Assembly: GCA_964606125.1 (NCBI GenBank) | Contig: CAZSFJ010000002.1 | Span: forward strand, 1 to 48,221 | Source: an uncultured Dehalococcoidaceae bacterium | Lineage (GTDB): Bacteria > Chloroflexota > Dehalococcoidia > UBA2979 | Direction of reading: 5' to 3' | DNA: 48,221 bases | Part shown: one piece after another, positions 45,568 to 48,221 of the stretch | How the letters are laid out: the number at the start of each line of letters is the position of its first letter | Numbering within the stretch: position 1 is the stretch's first letter | Program-made: the position numbers and the translations under genes | Notes under the pieces: generated by a model | Told to the model about the DNA's origin: nothing | The model's database searches: none | Seen by the model: the letters and a program-made list of their open reading frames with translations, nothing else

Positions 45568-46446
45568 ATGACTTCGGAACAAAATTCACAGCCTGCTACT
45601 GGTTCAGATAGCCCCGGTCTTAGCCGAGATGCCCTCGCACAATTGGCAGCAAGCCTAGAACAAAATATTCAGAGGCGACTTTCATTTGATCTGTGGTTTA
45701 AGGAAACCAGTCCTATAATCCGCACCGACCAAGATGCGCCAAAGCATTCCAAAGAAATGTTCCAACTCATCAAGCAAATCAGTTCCCTACATCCAGCCAT
45801 CAGTGTCACTCCGTACGACATGAATAAATTCGAAAAAAAAGCGAATGAATATTCGATATCCTTAGCACCTACGTTGATAGCGCGTTCAGGAGGTAAATCC
45901 ATCCGCTTCACGGGCATCCCCGCTGGAACCTTGTTTCCAGCCTTTATCGACGCTCTGACTTATCTGACTTTTTTCGAACTACCGCTTGACGATGAAGTAC
46001 GTCACCTAGTGGAACAGCTCGAAGAAATATCCGACAACAAAGATCCCCTGTCAGTTGAGCTCTATGTGACACCGTACGATACCCAATCTGCGCAACAATA
46101 CGGACTCTTTGGAATTGCCGGAGCGGCAACAAAGTCTATAAGCGTAACTATTACTGAGATCGCCGAATACCCTATTGCCGCCCAAAACAAACTGATTGAC
46201 GAAGTCCCGCTAGTAACCATTAACGGGAAAAGATTCGTTGGAATGTGGACTCTAGAAGACTTACTGCAACAAATTTTACATATTGCGCAGAACGAAGATA
46301 TCACAGTCGTTCGAGAACAGCTGATCTCCGGACCGTATATTAGCGAAGATGAAGCGTTGCGGCTCGCTTCTGATGCTAATGCAAACCAAAATACACAGGA
46401 GTCCGGATATGAAGAAACCAGCAGTGGTCTGGTAATTCCCCGATAA
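45568..46446 (+). CDS. Cysteine-free double thioredoxin-fold protein (PDO / AhpF N-terminal-domain-like), function unknown
   Basis: IRFTGIPAGTLFPAFIDAL and VPLVTINGKRFVGMWTLEDLL resemble the glutaredoxin-like PDO/AhpF-NTD family. ATG 45568 (SD GAGGGA 6 nt upstream) is preferred to GTG 45550. Confidence 0.45.
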   Translation: MTSEQNSQPATGSDSPGLSRDALAQLAASLEQNIQRRLSFDLWFKETSPIIRTDQDAPKHSKEMFQLIKQISSLHPAISVTPYDMNKFEKKANEYSISLAPTLIARSGGKSIRFTGIPAGTLFPAFIDALTYLTFFELPLDDEVRHLVEQLEEISDNKDPLSVELYVTPYDTQSAQQYGLFGIAGAATKSISVTITEIAEYPIAAQNKLIDEVPLVTINGKRFVGMWTLEDLLQQILHIAQNEDITVVREQLISGPYISEDEALRLASDANANQNTQESGYEETSSGLVIPR

Positions 46447-46461
46447 TCAGGAAAGCCGAGA

Positions 46462-47622
46462 CTACTTTGCTCTAATCAGCTCTCCATAAAAATCAATCAG
46501 CTCAGCGGATATCGTCGGCCATGAGTAGGCCTTTACTCTTTCCTCTCCACAATCAGCTAGAGATTTCCTTAAGCTAGGGTCATCTGCCATTTGAATGATT
46601 GCACGTCCTAAGTCTGCAGAATCATTTGGTGAAACCAAGAGCCCCTCTTTACCATGTCTAACCACATGCGAATAGCCAGAAATATCAGATGCGATGACTG
46701 GTAGCCCAGCTGCCATCGCTTCCATCAGAACGTAACCCTGACTCTCATTACCAGTGGCTGGTGATACGAAAATGTCGCAACTTCTGTGATATCGAGGCAA
46801 CTCCGTATAGGTGGGATTTGTCACCCAGGTAGTATTGCCTGCCAACAAGCTACTCATATCCTCCTGATAACGGCGACGATTCGACGAATCGGGACCAACA
46901 ACGATTAGCCGAAGATCATCCCGTTGAGCGCAAATCTTCTCAAATGCCTCTAGCAGAACTCCCAACCCTTTTCTCTTTTCCGCACGTCCGACGTAGAGAA
47001 TATTAAGCTTCTTATCTTTCAGCAGGCTGGAGATCGGATCGAGGTTCACGTCGTCCCAATGATCTATATCGATACCATTTGGAATAATCCTGGTCGAGCC
47101 ATTGAAATATCGCTGGATATATTTCTGTGCCGTCGGTGATACTGCAATTCTGCCATCGAATGCATCAAAGGACCTTGTCAGAAAATATTTGCCGACTTGA
47201 TATAGCGGACTTCCATCCTCTCTAGTGGCATGGAAGGTCGCGACGTTCGATGCCCCCGGGGTATATCGGCGGGATGCTCTCAGAGCCATAAGCGGTATGA
47301 CAGGCATAAAGGGTTCGTGCAGATGCACGATATCAAATTGATTATCTGCAAAAATATTATCAAGTCTACGTTTGATACGAGGATCGATTGCGATTCTCAC
47401 TTGAGAACCAGAGGCAGGGACACTTACAGTGTCTGCAACTACTTGCACGTTAGGAGTAGTAACCGGAGCGCTGGCCGGCGCAATTATTGTCACCTCATGA
47501 CCAAGTGCGGTCATCAGATCTGCCAATACTTCGATGTGACGATTCACACCTCCTGGCACTGCCCAATCATACGGCGACACATAAGCAATCCGCATCGGTA
47601 GGGTGTCACTCCTAACTACCAT
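46462..47622 (-). CDS. GT4 glycosyltransferase, PimA (phosphatidylinositol mannosyltransferase)-like
   Basis: MRIAYVSPYDWAVPGGVNRHIEVLADLMTALGHEVTIIAP, VATFHA, GRIAVSP, IPNGIDI and E-x7-E region ESQGYVLMEAMAAG. The alternative start ATG 47595 gives the MRIAYV N-terminus. Confidence 0.8.
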   Translation of the reverse strand: MVVRSDTLPMRIAYVSPYDWAVPGGVNRHIEVLADLMTALGHEVTIIAPASAPVTTPNVQVVADTVSVPASGSQVRIAIDPRIKRRLDNIFADNQFDIVHLHEPFMPVIPLMALRASRRYTPGASNVATFHATREDGSPLYQVGKYFLTRSFDAFDGRIAVSPTAQKYIQRYFNGSTRIIPNGIDIDHWDDVNLDPISSLLKDKKLNILYVGRAEKRKGLGVLLEAFEKICAQRDDLRLIVVGPDSSNRRRYQEDMSSLLAGNTTWVTNPTYTELPRYHRSCDIFVSPATGNESQGYVLMEAMAAGLPVIASDISGYSHVVRHGKEGLLVSPNDSADLGRAIIQMADDPSLRKSLADCGEERVKAYSWPTISAELIDFYGELIRAK

Positions 47623-48221
47623 CTATTTCTGTCGCCATTTTTCAACAATTTTTTTCGGTGTCACCGATAAGCCTCGGACTTGTTGCCTAACAAGCCGACT
47701 TAGCCCAATACTGCGGATAGAAAACCTCGGGTCCAAGTGACCTTCGGTAGTCCTGTCCATAATGGCTTGCCGGAGAGATTCTGAATTTTTTCCCGGGAAA
47801 CTAGTATACGCGCTGCCCACCGCCTCAACGAAGTGAGCATCTGAACCACCCGTTTCTGCGAGTTTCCAATGCCGACTGTTATAGCTCGCCACTCTCTTAC
47901 CAGCGTGCAAACCCGCCAGTGGATGCATAGAGCTTGGGCTGGCAATTTCAATACCATCAGGAAATGTACTCTCATCAGAGCCGTTCATAACCTTTTGCAA
48001 CGCTCTCCGTCCGACCGATCTCGTCAAATGTGAAAAAGGGTGGGGAATCACAGCCAATCCACCCTTCTCATGGATCGTTCTGACTGTGTCTGATAAGGAC
48101 CGAAATGAGGGAATGGGTTCATCTACCCATAATGCAAGTAGGTGACCAGATCTAGTTGTTATTTCGATACCTGTCACTAAATCAAAAGAGTAACTATTTT
48201 TGGTATGAATTTCGCGGGCCA
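47623..48221 (-). CDS. PHP-domain metal-dependent phosphoesterase (5' end beyond the right window edge)
   Basis: GIEITT...GHLLAL, IPHPF and ETGGSDAH motifs. The frame stays open to nt 48221, where it encodes ...EIHTKNSYSFD (the PHP HxH...D region). Confidence 0.7.
   Translation of the reverse strand, partial: AREIHTKNSYSFDLVTGIEITTRSGHLLALWVDEPIPSFRSLSDTVRTIHEKGGLAVIPHPFSHLTRSVGRRALQKVMNGSDESTFPDGIEIASPSSMHPLAGLHAGKRVASYNSRHWKLAETGGSDAHFVEAVGSAYTSFPGKNSESLRQAIMDRTTEGHLDPRFSIRSIGLSRLVRQQVRGLSVTPKKIVEKWRQK

Noticed and set aside
44807-45589. A 260-aa minus-strand ORF covering the PIP-synthase gene.
   Set aside because: The plus strand encodes a complete CDP-alcohol phosphatidyltransferase motif. 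The minus translation is low-complexity (Ser/Ile/Arg/Pro-rich) with no motif, so it is an antisense shadow ORF. The same reasoning applies to 10909-11349 (antisense of murB) and the other short overlapping ORFs in the track.
1-48221. A search by eye for CRISPR arrays, tandem or interspersed repeats, IS elements, integrases, toxin-antitoxin pairs, and defence genes next to the methyltransferase.
   Set aside because: None was found. The only internal similarity is the three diverged KS paralogs. A computational repeat or self-dot-plot scan would be needed to exclude short dispersed repeats.

Overview
This is a gene-dense bacterial chromosomal segment of mid GC, roughly 45-50% by eye. About 95% is coding, with 48 protein genes and many 1-17 nt gene overlaps. 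I found no rRNA, tRNA, CRISPR array, transposase, integrase or obvious repeat family.

Most of the content is housekeeping:
- Amino-acid and cofactor metabolism: argC, proB, trpA, aroH, folC, folD, ribF.
- Cell wall: murB.
- Translation: tyrS, prfB, and a GGQ rescue-factor-like protein.
- Chromosome maintenance: scpA, scpB, recJ, and a Dam-type methyltransferase.
- Nitrogen control: amt-glnK-glnD.
- Central carbon: class V FBP aldolase/phosphatase, crotonyl-CoA carboxylase/reductase, and an HpcH aldolase with an Ldh_2 oxidoreductase.
- Lipid genes: acpS, fabD, three KAS-II paralogs, a HadAB-like dehydratase pair, and a PIP-synthase with a PimA-like GT4.

Gene-order signatures suggest an Actinobacteria-like (for example Acidimicrobiia) or Chloroflexi lineage. 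These signatures are amt-glnK-glnD, fabD plus tandem KS, the Had-like pair, PIP synthase/PimA, and DUF3090. I cannot decide between the two lineages from sequence alone.

I do not see a convincing self-contained novel system such as a defence island or a tailored BGC. The most checkable non-trivial observations are:
1. A canonical RF2 +1 programmed frameshift that the ORF track misses.
2. A KS gene whose conserved RRVVVTG N-terminus lies upstream of every canonical start codon, with a probable ATT start behind a strong SD, in frame with the fabD stop.
3. An ACP-less fabD-KS-KS module.
4. An orphan Dam gene translationally coupled (TAATG) to a metabolic gene.
5. A cysteine-free double-thioredoxin-fold (PDO/AhpF-N-like) protein between PIP synthase and PimA.
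6. Several uncharacterised ORFs.

All family calls rest on motifs I recognise by eye. No searches were run.
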